Source: the human T2T-CHM13v2.0 reference genome, Homo sapiens. From it: a stretch of 64,000 nucleotides of DNA. Made by a program: the position numbers and the translations under genes. Position 1 is the stretch's first letter, and every line of letters starts with the position of its first letter. Location of the stretch: the NCBI RefSeq assembly GCF_009914755.1, contig NC_060942.1, one strand, 5' to 3'. Under the pieces are notes generated by a model that worked only from the letters and a program-made list of their open reading frames with translations, was not told the DNA's origin and ran no database searches. This document shows, piece after piece, positions 1-12,380 of the stretch.

Positions 1-554
1 AGGGAGAAATTAAGGATTTAGTAGGGTCCCACAAAGTCTTTGGAACCAGATCTGATTGTTTCCTTTAGTTAAATTCACTCAAACATGCAAGCATTTGTAT
101 AAACATCAATGTTTTTTTCAGTGATTCTGTGGGATTCCTAAAATGTGCATCTCTTTAGTCTAAGATGAAACACTGGTTATAGGATGAAAAAAATTAAACA
201 TGCATTCTTCAGCTCTCAGACCTCAACCACAAACTGAAGTCCCAGAAAGAGTCATTAAATCACAATGTGTACTTAAAATAACAAATTTGAAATAAAAAAT
301 GTTCCAAGACATTAAACTTCAAAATGATCTCTGACTGTAATCCCTTCTGGACTTGGATCTGGACATCATTTGGGTCCCCTGAAAACATCAAAGGATAGAT
401 TGGCAGGGCATCCCAGGAGGGGACACAGCAGTCCCTGCTGAGTGGGAACATAGACAGCCGGGGTGCTGGGCTCCATATGGGACGTGCATTCCTAACAAAC
501 AGTTCGCGTGTGGACATCAGAGTCCAGAATCAGCTATAAAAGTATATAGATAAC

Positions 555-582
555 TTTTTCTTTCTTTTTTTTTTTTTTTTTT
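555..582. repeat. Poly(T)/pyrimidine tract
   Basis: tttttctttc followed by a long T run. Confidence 0.8.
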
Positions 583-2880
583 AAGATTTTGAGAAAGTGG
601 AGGAATGAGCATAAGTGGGTTTACCTGGGGCTGTAAAGAGGACTTCTTTTCAGGAACCCAGGAGGACCAAATCAGGTCTGTTTCCCCAAAGCGCAGAGAG
701 GTCCTTGAGGCCGTGGTTCTCAATTCTAGAAAAGGGATATGTGCATATCAAAGTCATCTGGAAGCCTTTTCCAAACTTCTACTCTGCCCCTCTGGGGAGA
801 TGGAGATTTTCAGGCTTGTTCCCACTCCTGCCTGAGAAACCCTGCCTTAGCAGAATGCCAGCTGGGGTTATAGACTTCACCTCTGCAGAAAAGGAGGAGC
901 AGTGACTAAAGTACATAAAACTTCAGAAGACACAGCTCTCCCCAACCTACTGACTCATCATATCCAGCAGATCAGATGCATTTTCATAACTTCCTAGTAA
1001 TTACATTTATATTCAAAAATAATTACTTTCTGAATTTAATTGTTGGCTGAGTATTTACAGTCTGTCAGAGGAAATCCAAAAGGATATTGCAAGATGAGGA
1101 GGTGTCCTCGCCTCTATGCCAGGCCAAGTCCCAGGTCAAGGCCGGGCTGCCAGAGTGGGGTTGGGGAAGTGATAGAAGCAGAAACTGCATCTTAAAAGGA
1201 CTGCTTACAGAACGAGGTGCTCGCCAGAAGCAAAAAACAAAGGATGGATGACAGAGCTTCCTGCAAATGTTTGAAGCACTATTGTGGGCAAGAGGGAAAT
1301 GCTTTGTTTTGTTTGGTGCCAGAGGATAGAATTAGAACAGACAGGAAGAGTTTCTAAAGACCCAGACTTTGCATCAACGTGAAAAGAACATTGTAACAGT
1401 TGTTCAGAAAAGCAATGGTCATCTTCTAAGAAGGAAGGATGCCACCTTTGAACTTGTTCAGGAAGTTCACCTGTCAGGGATCCCAGGGAAGACACTTCTG
1501 ATTGGGATCAGTTCAACCAGATGACCTCCAAGATTCTGTGTAAGAGGTGAATTTGACGTTTAGAAATGAGCCGTAAAGAACCAGGGCGGCCAGCTTTCCA
1601 TGCTGAATGCTGGGGGAGGGGAGGAAGAGGGTTGATTTGTATGTGTGTCTGCAGGATGAGTCTTTTTCTGAGTTGCCAAGTGAGAATGCTGGAAACATAT
1701 TCCTATTCTGTTCCGTATTTGTACAAACAAATGTGTTTCCACTGAAACTTATGTAAATATGTGCTTACTAATGAATGCAGTCACCCCAAGCACTGACTAA
1801 CCAAACTGACTTCCTTTTTCAGCTCAAATATCTAAGCCCAGTTGTTTTAAACGTTAATCAACTAAAAGAAAAAAACTGAAGTCCACATTTGTCTCAATTC
1901 TTAACTATAGAAACTAATGATAACAAAGTCATGTACCTTCCAGGTAAGCAGGGCGAGAGATGTGGTGGGAAAGGTAACAGTGCATCATGAGAGCACTGTA
2001 CGACAGAGCCCACTGTTTAATGGAAAACACCCAGTGGCACTCTCCCATAGTGTACACACGCACCTTGACACTTGTCCCTCTAAGAATCACAAGAATACGC
2101 ATAGGGCTAGGTCATTGTGAATTCAATAGGCACAACGGCCACTGGAAGGTGAAGGGTAGCCATGAGGGCCATTTTCACCAGATGAACTCCAGTCTCCAAA
2201 AGTAAATAGAGTAGAAAACCATTTATCCAACAGTCTAAACACTAGAAACATCCACACACAGGGATCGTTATATAGGGACTTAAAAATGAGCAGTGACTTT
2301 AAATTTTTCACCTCTATGGTAATGGAAGAATCATATACAATGGTTTGTGGGTGATAGAGATGTCATAATCTGTGGATTGCAAATGACCTGTTACCAGGAG
2401 TTACCCAGGTAACATTGTCTAAGTATAGACACATATCTAAGTATAGAGACATGGTGAAGTGCCTCCTAACAGAGCAGAAGTGACCCCATCGAAGACTACT
2501 TCTTGGGGAGGATTTCACACAGTTCATCATCAAGCAAAGATCATTGCCTTCTGAGCAGAAGAGACTCTAAATAAATATAGAAGAATAGAAATCTGAAGTG
2601 GAAAGTTGTAGCCAGAGCATGCATATGATACTGGCAGATCTTTTCTAAAGAGAAATTCATTTTCCATAAATGCTTTACAATGGATCCTGACGATAAGACA
2701 TCTTGCCAAATGATTTGCTGCTCATCATAAAGATTTCCCAGTAAATAAAATTTCCAGGCTCATCTCCTGTTATTGCATGAATGTTTTGGAACTACATCTC
2801 AGGAAATAAGTGAGGATTGCAAATTATGACTTTCAGGTTGGAAATCCAGCAATGAACTTTGTTGACTTGGTCTGGCCATA

Positions 2881-3045
2881 CTGGCCATGGCTTAGCATTT
2901 GACAGAACTTTAGGGTCTACAGTTTCTCCGCAAAGGAAGTTCTGAGCAATGGAAGCAAGGCTGGGCTGAGCAAAAAACTTCCTAAAGTGATTTTGGTTTC
3001 AGAAATCTGATTTATTCTCTCAGAATCACACATAACATTCTCAGC
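2881..3045 (+). repeat. Local direct duplication A, copy 1 (partner 3936-4104)
   Basis: ctggccatggcttagcatttgacagaac...cacacataacattctcagc recurs at 3936-4104 with scattered substitutions and one 4-nt indel. Confidence 0.95.
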
Positions 3046-3239
3046 TCCGAGAGAGTGTGCGCATCACTTTAGAAAGAACTCTTGACTGGAAAGCAGTAGA
3101 TGTAGGTTCAAGTTTAGTTCCCCAGTTTGGTAGGTGAGGGGAACCCCTCCTCTGTCATGTGAGAGAGAAACACCTTTTCCATCCGCACCTACAGAGTTGC
3201 ATGGATCTACGCTGGACATAGCTCAAAAACAATGCATGA

Positions 3240-3620
3240 GAAAGAATAGAAAGAGCATTGGACATGGAGCCTCTGTAGGGCTGAATTCCTGCTCACCACT
3301 TACTCCTGATACTGGGAAGATTTTCAACGTCTCCAAGACTGGGGTTTTTCATTTGCAAAAGGTAGATTATAATCTCTTTTGGGATGGTTATGAGCATGTT
3401 AAATAAGATAATTTTTAAATGCTCCCAGCAGAGTGAATTGAAAATGGAAGATGCTGAACACCAACATATTAATTAGTTAATATTTATTTATTAAGCACTT
3501 AATATATCCCAGGCACTGCGCTTAGTGCTTCACATACATTCTGTCATTTAATCTTCATGACAACCTTAGGAGTCAGTATTATTATTAACACTACATCTTT
3601 ATGAGGAAATGGAATATTAG
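3240..3620. mobile_element. MIR SINE relics (probably two, opposite orientations)
   Basis: MIR-like motifs: 'gaattcctgctcaccacttact', 'tttttcatttgcaaaa', 'tcatttaatcttcatgacaaccttagg...atgaggaaat'. Confidence 0.55.
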
Positions 3621-3935
3621 GATAGTTTTATTACTCATTAAATGTCACACTGTTATTTCCCTTTTAAGGAAGCACACCAGAGATGCAGCATCCAAATACG
3701 TAGAGCAATTTTAGGAGCTACTGGATATCTTCTGAAAGTTGACCTCTGTCCCTTTGTGGAAAATATTATCAGAATGAGTATATTAACCACAAAAGAAAAT
3801 CTGTTTAGTACTTCATACTTCTTTCATTTCTTTTGCCCCAAAATGTTATTGCCCAGGTTGTTCACCTACTTTTATCACTAGGTTCAGCTCAAAATGATTT
3901 TATTTTATACCACAAATTTCAGCACCATTCACAGG

Positions 3936-4104
3936 CTGGCCATGGCTTAGCATTTGACAGAACCTACTTTAGGGTCTATAGTTTCTCCACAAAGGAAGTT
4001 TTGAGCCATGGAAGCAACGCTGGGCTGAGCATAAAACTTCCTAAAGTGATTTTGGTTTCAAAAATCGAATTCATTCTCTTAGAATCACACATAACATTCT
4101 CAGC
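3936..4104 (+). repeat. Local direct duplication A, copy 2
   Basis: Aligns by eye to 2881-3045. Confidence 0.95.
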
Positions 4105-4249
4105 CTGGGGCCTCCTATTTTCCCTACATGGCGCTTTCAGCGACCACACCTCTGGGACAAACCATCTGCTCTTCCTTTCCATGTGTGGCTCTTGGCATGA
4201 GTCATTGCAAACCTTGAAATCAGTTTGATTTTTTTTCTTTAGCAGATTG

Positions 4250-6000
4250 GATTTTTTTTAAAGGTATATATTTAAGGTATACAATATGATGTTTGGATAT
4301 ACACATGCATAGTAAAATGGTCACTATATTCAAGCTAACTGACATATCCATCATCTCACATAGTTACCATTTTTTTATAGTAAACATACCTAAAGCCTAT
4401 TCTCTTAGCAAATTTCCAGTCTGCAATAGAATGTTATTAACTATGCTCCCTGTGCTATGCATTAGATTTCTAGCCCTATTTATCCTATATAACTGCAGGT
4501 TTGTATCCTTTGATTTCCATCTCCCCATCCCCTTCCCTTGGTAACCACTGTTGTACTCTATGTTTCTATGTATTTGAGGTGTTTTGTTTTGTTTTGTTTT
4601 TTTTGTTTTGTTTTAGATTCCACATGTAAGAGAGGTCATGCAGTACTTGTCTTTCTGTGCCTGGCTTCGTTCATTTAGCATAATGTCCTCCAAGTTCATC
4701 TATGGTGTCAGCCTTCTTTTTTAAGGCTGAATAATATTCCATTTGTGTGTGTATGTATAACAATTTCTTTATCCATTCATCCCTTGGTGGACCCATAGGT
4801 TGTGCTTTCATATCTTGGCTGTTGTGAGTAATGCAGCAGTGAACATGGAAGTGCAGATTCCTTTACAAGGTCGTGATTTCATCTCTTTTGAGTACATACC
4901 TAGAAGACGAGTGGGTGGGTCATATGGTAGTTGTATTTTTAATTTTCTTAGAACTTCCATATGCTTTCACAGTGGCTGCACAAATCTACATCCCCACCAA
5001 ACATGAACAAGGGTTCCCTTTTCTTCACATGCTTGCCAATACTCATCTATTGTCTTTTTGGTAAAAGCCATCCTAACAGGTGTGAGGCAAGATGTCCTTG
5101 TGGTGGTTTTGATGTGCCTTTCCCTGATAATGAGTGATGCTGAGCACCTTTCCACATAGCCACTGGACATTTGTACATCTTCTTTAGAGAAATGCCCATT
5201 CCAGTCCTTCTCCCATACTTTAACGGGGTTATTTGTGTTTATACTTCTGAGTTGTTTGAGCTGCTTTTATTTTTTAGATATTAACCCCTCATCTGATACA
5301 TGGTTTTCAAATAATTCCTCCTAATCCATTGGCTGCCTTTTCATTTTGTTGATTATTTCCTTTGCTGTGCAGAGACTTTTTGGTTTGATGCAACTTCACT
5401 TGTCTATTTTTGCTTTTGTTGCCTGTGCTTTGGGTGAGATATATATATTAAAAAAATGCTTGCCAAGGAAAATAGCAAGGGGCTTTCCCCCTGTGTTTCC
5501 TCCTAAGAGTTTTATGGTCTTAAGTTTTGATTTTTGTGTATGGTGTTAGATAAGGCGCCTTCATTCTTTTGCATGTGGATATTCATTTTTCCCAACACCA
5601 TTTATTGAAGAGACTATCCTTCCCCATTGTGTCTTCTTGGTAGCCTTGTTGAAAATTAGGTAACCATATATGCATGAGTTTATTTTTGGGCTCTCTATTC
5701 TGTTTCATTGGTCTATGTGCCATTTTTATAACAGTACCATACTGTTTGTTTATTCTTGCTTTACAATATAATTTGAAACTGGGCAATGTGATGCTTCCAA
5801 CTTTGTTTTACTTTCTCAACATTTTTTATTTTTTGGCAACTAAGGGTCTTTTCTGGTTCCATACAAATTTTAGAATTGTTTTTTCTATTTCAGTGAAAAT
5901 ACCGTTGGAATTTTGATAGGGATGGCATTTAATCTGTATATTGCCTTGGGTACTGTGGACATTTTAATAACATTTATTATTTTAATCCACAAACATGGAT
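4250..6000 (-). mobile_element. L1 (L1MA-type) 3' UTR and ORF2 end, degenerate, with internal (GTTTT)n at ~4580-4614
   Basis: L1MA 3' end motif 'tttaaggtatacaatatgatg...catatccatcatctcacatagttacc'; minus-strand ORF pieces resemble the ORF2 C-terminus ([25 protein letters not shown]). Confidence 0.9.
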
Positions 6001-6279
6001 ATCTTGAAGCTGATGGAGCTTCAGTTTCGCAATTCCTCACTTGCATGAGCTCCTTTCAAAGCCCAAAGAAGAGTCCTAGCAATTTTGTATTCATAATTTT
6101 GCATTCTTTTCCTTTGAAGGTCCCCAACGCTTGGAGTGTAACTTGAGCGGAGTACCTGTTTTCCTTTACTTCTCCCACCTAGACCTGAGTGCTTCTGGCC
6201 CTGAAACATGTGCAAATTCATCACATGCTGGAGAGCTACGATGCACCTTCTCTGCCCCAGCTAGACCTCCTATTTGCAT

Positions 6280-7040
6280 GGTGGTTTTTAGTTTCAAAGC
6301 TCTTTCAATAGTATTGCCTCATTTAATCCTCCTACTAATTCTTCAAGGTAGGTTTAACAGATGTAAGAATCACAGAATATTAGAAGAGGACAAATGGTTT
6401 CATATTTAAATGTTGGGGTTTGGAATAATTCAGACAACTACAGGTGCCTCATCTTGCTGGACCTCCCTCCCATTTCTGCACCTTCCTATTTTCATAAATA
6501 AAATAGAGATACTAGTAGCACCTTCCCCAGGATCTGTGTAGATTAACTGAGATATGGCACAGAGAGGTATAGACAATTTCTAGGCCACCCAGCTATTGAA
6601 TGGCAGGTGCCCTGCAGCAGGCTCATGCCCTTTCCACAGCCCACGCACTCTCTTATGTCCTGCCCACTTCTTTCAGTGATGAGAAAGTGAAGATATGGGA
6701 GGAGTAAGTGACTTGCTTTGGGTCACAGAGCAAGCACATGGCATAATACCCCAATATCACATGCACAAGAAGGACTGCTGGGTGGTGTCGGCAATCCAGC
6801 TCTCAAGTCAGCTCTGGGTTCCCATCACAGCTCATCCTTTCTTGTAAGAATTGTAACCCTGGGTGTGTTCCCTTACCCTCTCCACCCCACCTTCCTTACC
6901 TATAAAACAGGGTCAACAAAAAATGCTTACTTCAAAGTTTTGATGGGAGTATTGAATGAGTGACTGTGCATAGGACCATCACAGTAGTGCCCGGCACAGA
7001 GAAGCCCCCGGCCAGTGTGAGCCGTTGTTATCATTAGTCA
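6280..7040. mobile_element. Cluster of MIR fragments
   Basis: 'ctcatttaatcctc', 'gatgagaaagtgaagat...gtgacttgc...ggtcacag', 'gctctgggttcccatcacagctc...gtgcccggcacag'. Confidence 0.5.
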
Positions 7041-8635
7041 GAGTTCACCTGTGCTAGGAGCCCACTGTCTGCTGGTTCTCTGTGATGGCCTTCACCCCCT
7101 GGGCATGACGAAGACCTGAGGTCTGCCTACTGGAGCCTTTGTCTGACCCTCTTTTTTGCGTTTTTGCTTTTTCATGGCATCCACTTCAGGATCTTCCAGA
7201 ATCTTGTGGGGAGGGAAAACATAAAATATAATTACTAAAGGGAGGGAGGGAGCAATGAATCCTAATTAATTATACTTTAAAGAAAAATTTGTCCCCAAAA
7301 TGGCCAGCAGTGCTGAAGTAGTGTCTGTGGTCATTACTAGGGGACTCAGCAGCTATCAGCCACTACCCTGCACCCTTGTATGGGGCCCAGCCTCACCTCT
7401 GATCTTGTCCTTGCTGACGTTAGTGAGCCCTGGGCGTGGGGTTTGCTAAGGTTCACTGTGACCCTAGGCTCAGGCCTCAGCCTCTGGTCATGAGGGCCTC
7501 GGGCTCTGTCCCACCCAGGCTGTCTCAGCACACTCAGGGCCGCCTCCTGGCCCAAACCTAGGGTCCTGAGCAGGGGGTGAACTGTGGCCACATGGAACAA
7601 AGGCCACTAGGCTGGGAATGTTTGTCTGCATTGTTTCGGAGGCGTCTGCTATACTCCTTCTGGGGCATCAGGCATCAAAAGATTCCCTGGCTCCTCTCTT
7701 GAAAGCTAGCCATGTATCCCTTGCCTTCCATTAAATATACTCATAAATATAAATTAAATGAACCAGTCTTAATTTAAATGAACATGTTAGTACTGTTCAT
7801 TTCAGTGTGAATACAGGTAATTAAATATTGCTAATGTTATTATTTAGGAGGGTGATTGTGCCTTTTTCTCTTATTTATTGGGTGTTTTTAAAACTTTTGC
7901 TTTAAATAAATGCAACCCTACTTTAATGTTTGGCAGAATATTAGTCACAGCCCTGTAAACAATTCCTACATATTTCTCTAAATGTGGGTAGTAAAGTGCA
8001 CACCCCTCATCTTACTGAAGGTCTTCTCCAGACATTCTGCAGGTAACTGGAGACACAAATATGAACAGGCCCCATTCAGCCCTTCAGGCCCAGGCTATCT
8101 AGCAGGGGGTTCCTATTTCCCTCCTGCTGGGCCTGAAATCTCTGCAATAGGAATTGCTCATAGTTAGAGAGCAAAGGCCTCCCTTCTTTGCTCTCAAGAG
8201 AGCAGAACTACACAGGAGAGATGACTCTTTTATTTTGAAAAGCTTCCCAAACTGAGCCTGGCAAAAACAATCTAAAATGTTAGAAGAGGTCGAGTGTACG
8301 CAAAATTGCTTGGAAATAGGTCCTGTTCCCAGAGCAGCTTTTAAAAGGGTGGCGGGCGGGAGGGGAATAGGAAAGGGAAGGATGGATATAAAAGCAACCA
8401 GAACCCAGGAGCACTTGATCCCTGAGGAATGAGCTTGTAAGGAAAGCAACTCAACAAAAAGTCAGCACTACAATGCCGCTTGGACAAGGTTGCCACTTTT
8501 CCCAGAAACACTGTCTTTGGAAGACAAGGTTGATAGTAAAACACACAGGCCCTGCTTCCTTTACCTACCTCCCACACCCTGGAGGTTATATTACAACAAT
8601 TGCATCTGTTTAGATTTGTTCTGTCTTTTCTCTGT

Positions 8636-8862
8636 CCCATCTGCGAGAGGTGGCACTCTTCTAGCTTCCTATGTTACGATTCTCTGCTATGTTTGGGCAA
8701 GTACTATGTTGTCTGGTTTTAAAAACGGAAAAACAAAGAGTTCAGTGACTGACTTAGAAACACACATATTAGTCATCAATGGATCTGAAACTGTCCAGTC
8801 TCCTGACTGCCATTTAAATATTCTTTTCAAAAGCCAATCCTTAAAAACTCATCATTCTGCAG
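8636..8862 (+). repeat. Local direct duplication B, copy 1 (partner 9624-9850)
   Basis: cccatctg...actatgttgtct...aaaacaaagagttca...acacacatattagtcatcaatggat...tcatcattct shared with 9624-9850. Confidence 0.92.
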
Positions 8863-9623
8863 AAAAGGCTTTTTCCCTGTGTTGGGAATTCATAATCACC
8901 ATTTTCTTGAAGAATCCAATAATTAGCCTCCTGTGTGATCTCTCTAGTTTCTCTACATTTTATCTAGTGTTGTCTGAAATGTAAGAATCTGAAACCCAAG
9001 TTGCAATCATCTTGTCCCCAGCAACTGTTTTACTCTCAAGTTCCTCATCAGATCAGGACCATTGTCCCATTTCATGGCATGGTTAAGAAGTCTAGCCAGC
9101 AGCTTTCAACCAGCAAATTCTTTCAAAGCAAGTCATAATTTGCTCCATTGCTAAACAATCAAAGGTCCAGATGCACTCTTTTGTTCTTATCAGCAGAACC
9201 ATGGCATAAGCATCCCTCCAAGTAATTTCTAACATCTTTATCATCGAGGCTCTCCCCACACGATTTCCCCAGAAGGTTGTGCTGAGGTCCTCAGTCTTGG
9301 CCTGATGATCAGTCCTTAGGGCTCTGCACCACTGTGTCTTTATTCCAACACTCACTGAACAAGGTCATATACACGTTATCTCTCCTCCTTATTGTAAAAA
9401 AAAAATGCATAGAATCAAATTTAACTATTCCTTGGTGAACACCTGCCATCTGCCAAGCATCCTGTAGGTATTTTAAAACACATTGTCTCACCCACTCTGT
9501 ATGCAGGCAAACTCAGCTTCTTTTCTAGATAAAAACCTTGAGCTCAGACTTGCCAGCTCCCTGTCTTCTCACTCCTTGCATCTCTCTAGTTCCTCCTGGA
9601 AGTTATCCAATCCTCTCCTCGGC

Positions 9624-9850
9624 CCCATCTGTCAGAGGTAGCAGGCTTCTAGCTCCTACATTGCGATTCTATGATATGTTCACGCAAGCACTATGTTGTC
9701 TAGTTTTAAAGGCAGAAAAAACAAAGAGTTCAATAGCTTATCCAAAAACACACATATTAGTCATCAATGGATATAGAGCCATCCACAGTCTTGACTCTCA
9801 TTTAAGTATTCTTATCAAAAACTGATCCTTAATATTTCATCATTCTTCAG
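9624..9850 (+). repeat. Local direct duplication B, copy 2
   Basis: Collinear with 8636-8862; the translated ORFs share KTKSS and THILVING as a by-product. Confidence 0.92.
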
Positions 9851-11904
9851 GAGGGCTGCAGGAACTTGGAGTACTACATGTAATAACATACTGGTCATCA
9901 CTCTTGGCAAATATTGAAAGCTTCACTTGGTCCCTGACACCTAAAGGATAAAGAAGAGCTTGATGATCTGATGTGAGGTAAGGAAAGTGGAGATGGGTAG
10001 CCTATATTCACAGTTTTGCAAAAGATTTATTGCATTAGGAGCCCTGTGGGAAATCTTGCTGTTCAGAAGATGAGGCCACAGTTGTAGAACCTTAGACCCC
10101 TGGAGGTGTAAGTGGCCTCACAGATCACCACATCCAGCTTGAGTCCACCTGACAACATTTTTGCTCCTTAGAAAGGTCTTCTAGAAAGCAGAGCCAGAGT
10201 CAAGGATTAAAGTACTAGCCCTTAACTTGGCAGGTAAAAATCCAAAGGTGTGTACAAGGAAACAAGACAAGGGAATGAGAGGAGCCATGCGGTTGGGTGT
10301 GCTGGCTGCTGCTTCATGACAGCCATGAAGAAACTCAGCAGTGGCTTGGCAGGTGTGTCCACAGGGCACAGAGCATTTCTCTGAGAAGTTGCTGAAATTA
10401 ATGACTTCTTTGGGGGTATTTCACAGATGAAAGAAAGCAAACATGTTTGTCTGCTAAGCTATCTCCCTTCTCCCAGTTCTTACTAGTCAAGGTTCACCAT
10501 GAGGCAAGATATTTCCCTCACACTTCCCAGTAGCAACACTGGCTGTTTGGTGAAAGTCCAAGACACATGAGATCACGTTGATTCATATCTGGAAGAGGAG
10601 TGGTGGTTTGACACACGTGGGCTTGGCCTTTGGGCACATGAGCCTTGGAGCCCAGGGTGCAACTCAGACACCAATCTGCTCAGGGATCATGGCAGAAATG
10701 GCCCCAGGAAGTGGGAAATGTTTTTGGACAGCAGGAGGCAGTTATGGGACTCTCAGAAGGTGCACAAGATTTAGGTCCAAAACATCTACTAAGTGATCAT
10801 TCAGCAACTAATGTACATCTCCAATATGGAGGAACTCATTGCTTCATCAAGAAACCTCTTTTTTTTTATTAAGCAAAAATCTATGATCCCTTAGAAATTT
10901 AGCCTCTTACTCTAGTTATGTCCTCCCAGAACCACGTAGAACAATTTTAACCCATCATCCACATGATGGTTCTTTTGTCTGTTTGGGACTTCAGGTGTCG
11001 AGCTTTGAGTTCTCGTGGTATTGTTGGCCTGTACAGGATCTCATTCCATGCTTCCATTCCTCCCTCCTCTGTATGCCACAATTATAAGGTGGTTTATGTG
11101 TATCTGATTATTTGTATGTCTTCTCATAAAAACTATGTTGTTTTGTGTGCATACACTTTTAATTTACCTGAAGGGATTGTGCTCATGGTATTTTTTTACT
11201 TTTTTCACTTAGTTATGTTTTTAATATATAGCCATGTTGCTGTCCTGTTCATCCAGGAATGAACACCTACTTTGCCTCTTATGCCTATGCAAACAACAGG
11301 TTTTAATGCTTGTTATTTTATAAGAATGTGTTAGAATTTTTCTAGAATACATACCCAGAAGTGGTATATAGTCTAGAAAATATATTTCTGGTGGAGTTTC
11401 GGGGTCATTGGGTATAAACATACTTAGATTGACTAAGTACTTCCGGATTAATCTCCAAAGTGGCTGCCCTGTCTATATTTTCACCAACAGCCCATGAGAT
11501 TCTTACATTCCTACATTTTCACCAATATTTTCATTTTCTCACTTTTTCAATTGACATTTCTCATTTAAGTGCAAAGAAATGTTATCATTCTAGTTTATGG
11601 TTTCCTAATCACTAATAATTTTGAATATCATTTTGTATGTTTGTCAGCCTTTTGGACTTTTCTTCCATGAATTACTTGTTACATATTTTTTGGTTGTGTC
11701 GTCTTTTACTTATTCTTGATAGATTCCTAGCTAGCAGAGATATTAGCCTCTTTTTTTAGTGTATTGATTGCAAATATCCTCTCTTATGTTTTTATATCTG
11801 CTTGTCTTGTCCATGGTATCCTTCATTGGACATGAATTTTTAATTTTAATGTAATCGTTGTGCCTTATGGTTTTCTGCTTTTAAGGTTATGTTATGTTTT
11901 TTTT

Positions 11905-12011
11905 CACCTTCAATGGGTAATATGTCAATGCTATAATAAGGCTTTAAGGAGGCACATTTCACACGTTAGTGTGAAAAACCAATCATCATGCTTATGATCC
12001 ACAAAAGGATC
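11905..12011 (-). pseudogene. SNORD13: U13 (SNORD13-family) box C/D snoRNA retroposed copy; not the canonical SNORD13 locus
   Basis: The reverse complement gatccttttgtggatcataagcATGATGAttggtttttcacac...aatgtgcctccttaaagccttatt...attacccattga resembles U13 (ATCCTTTTGTAGTTCATGAGCGTGATGATTGG...CATTACCCGTCTGACC). A8 tail at 11897-11904; TSD taaggttatgtt at 11882-11893 and 12012-12023. Confidence 0.9.
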
Positions 12012-12191
12012 TAAGGTTATGTTTAAAAATCCGTTCCTCCTCCAGAAGTTAATACTGCATTCTTCTACATTATTTGATTATTTTATAGTTAATATCTCCA
12101 TTTCTTAGGTCTTTTGCCCATCTGCAACACCTCTTTCTAAATGATGTTGGGTAAGAATCTGGTTTTATTTTCCTCCATAAAGAAAGCCACC

Positions 12192-12380
12192 CAGGGATGT
12201 GTTGGAGCAGCTTGTGCCATGTGGCAAGAGCCAATTGTTAAATATTGAGGAATTTTGTAAGCTGGTTGCTAAATTGTTGGCAGTTTGAAATAGGCCGTGC
12301 TGGGAGTTTTTATACCATGGGAATTATCAATAAATCAAGTATTTTTTCCTTTAGGGGACTGGTTTACCACTACGCCATTG
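12192..12380 (+). mobile_element. MER63-like hAT-Blackjack MITE
   Basis: 'cagggatgtgttggagcagcttgt...gagccaattgttaaatattgaggaattttg' start and 'ggtttaccactacgccattg' end resemble MER63 termini. Confidence 0.65.

Noticed and set aside
500-600. Possible splice acceptors on either strand near the T tract
   Set aside because: No convincing partner donor; a T run followed by AG is common by chance.
8490-9825. Two ORFs sharing the peptide THILVING, like paralogous exons
   Set aside because: Explained by DNA duplication B; frame-breaking indels, non-ATG starts and no recognisable domain.
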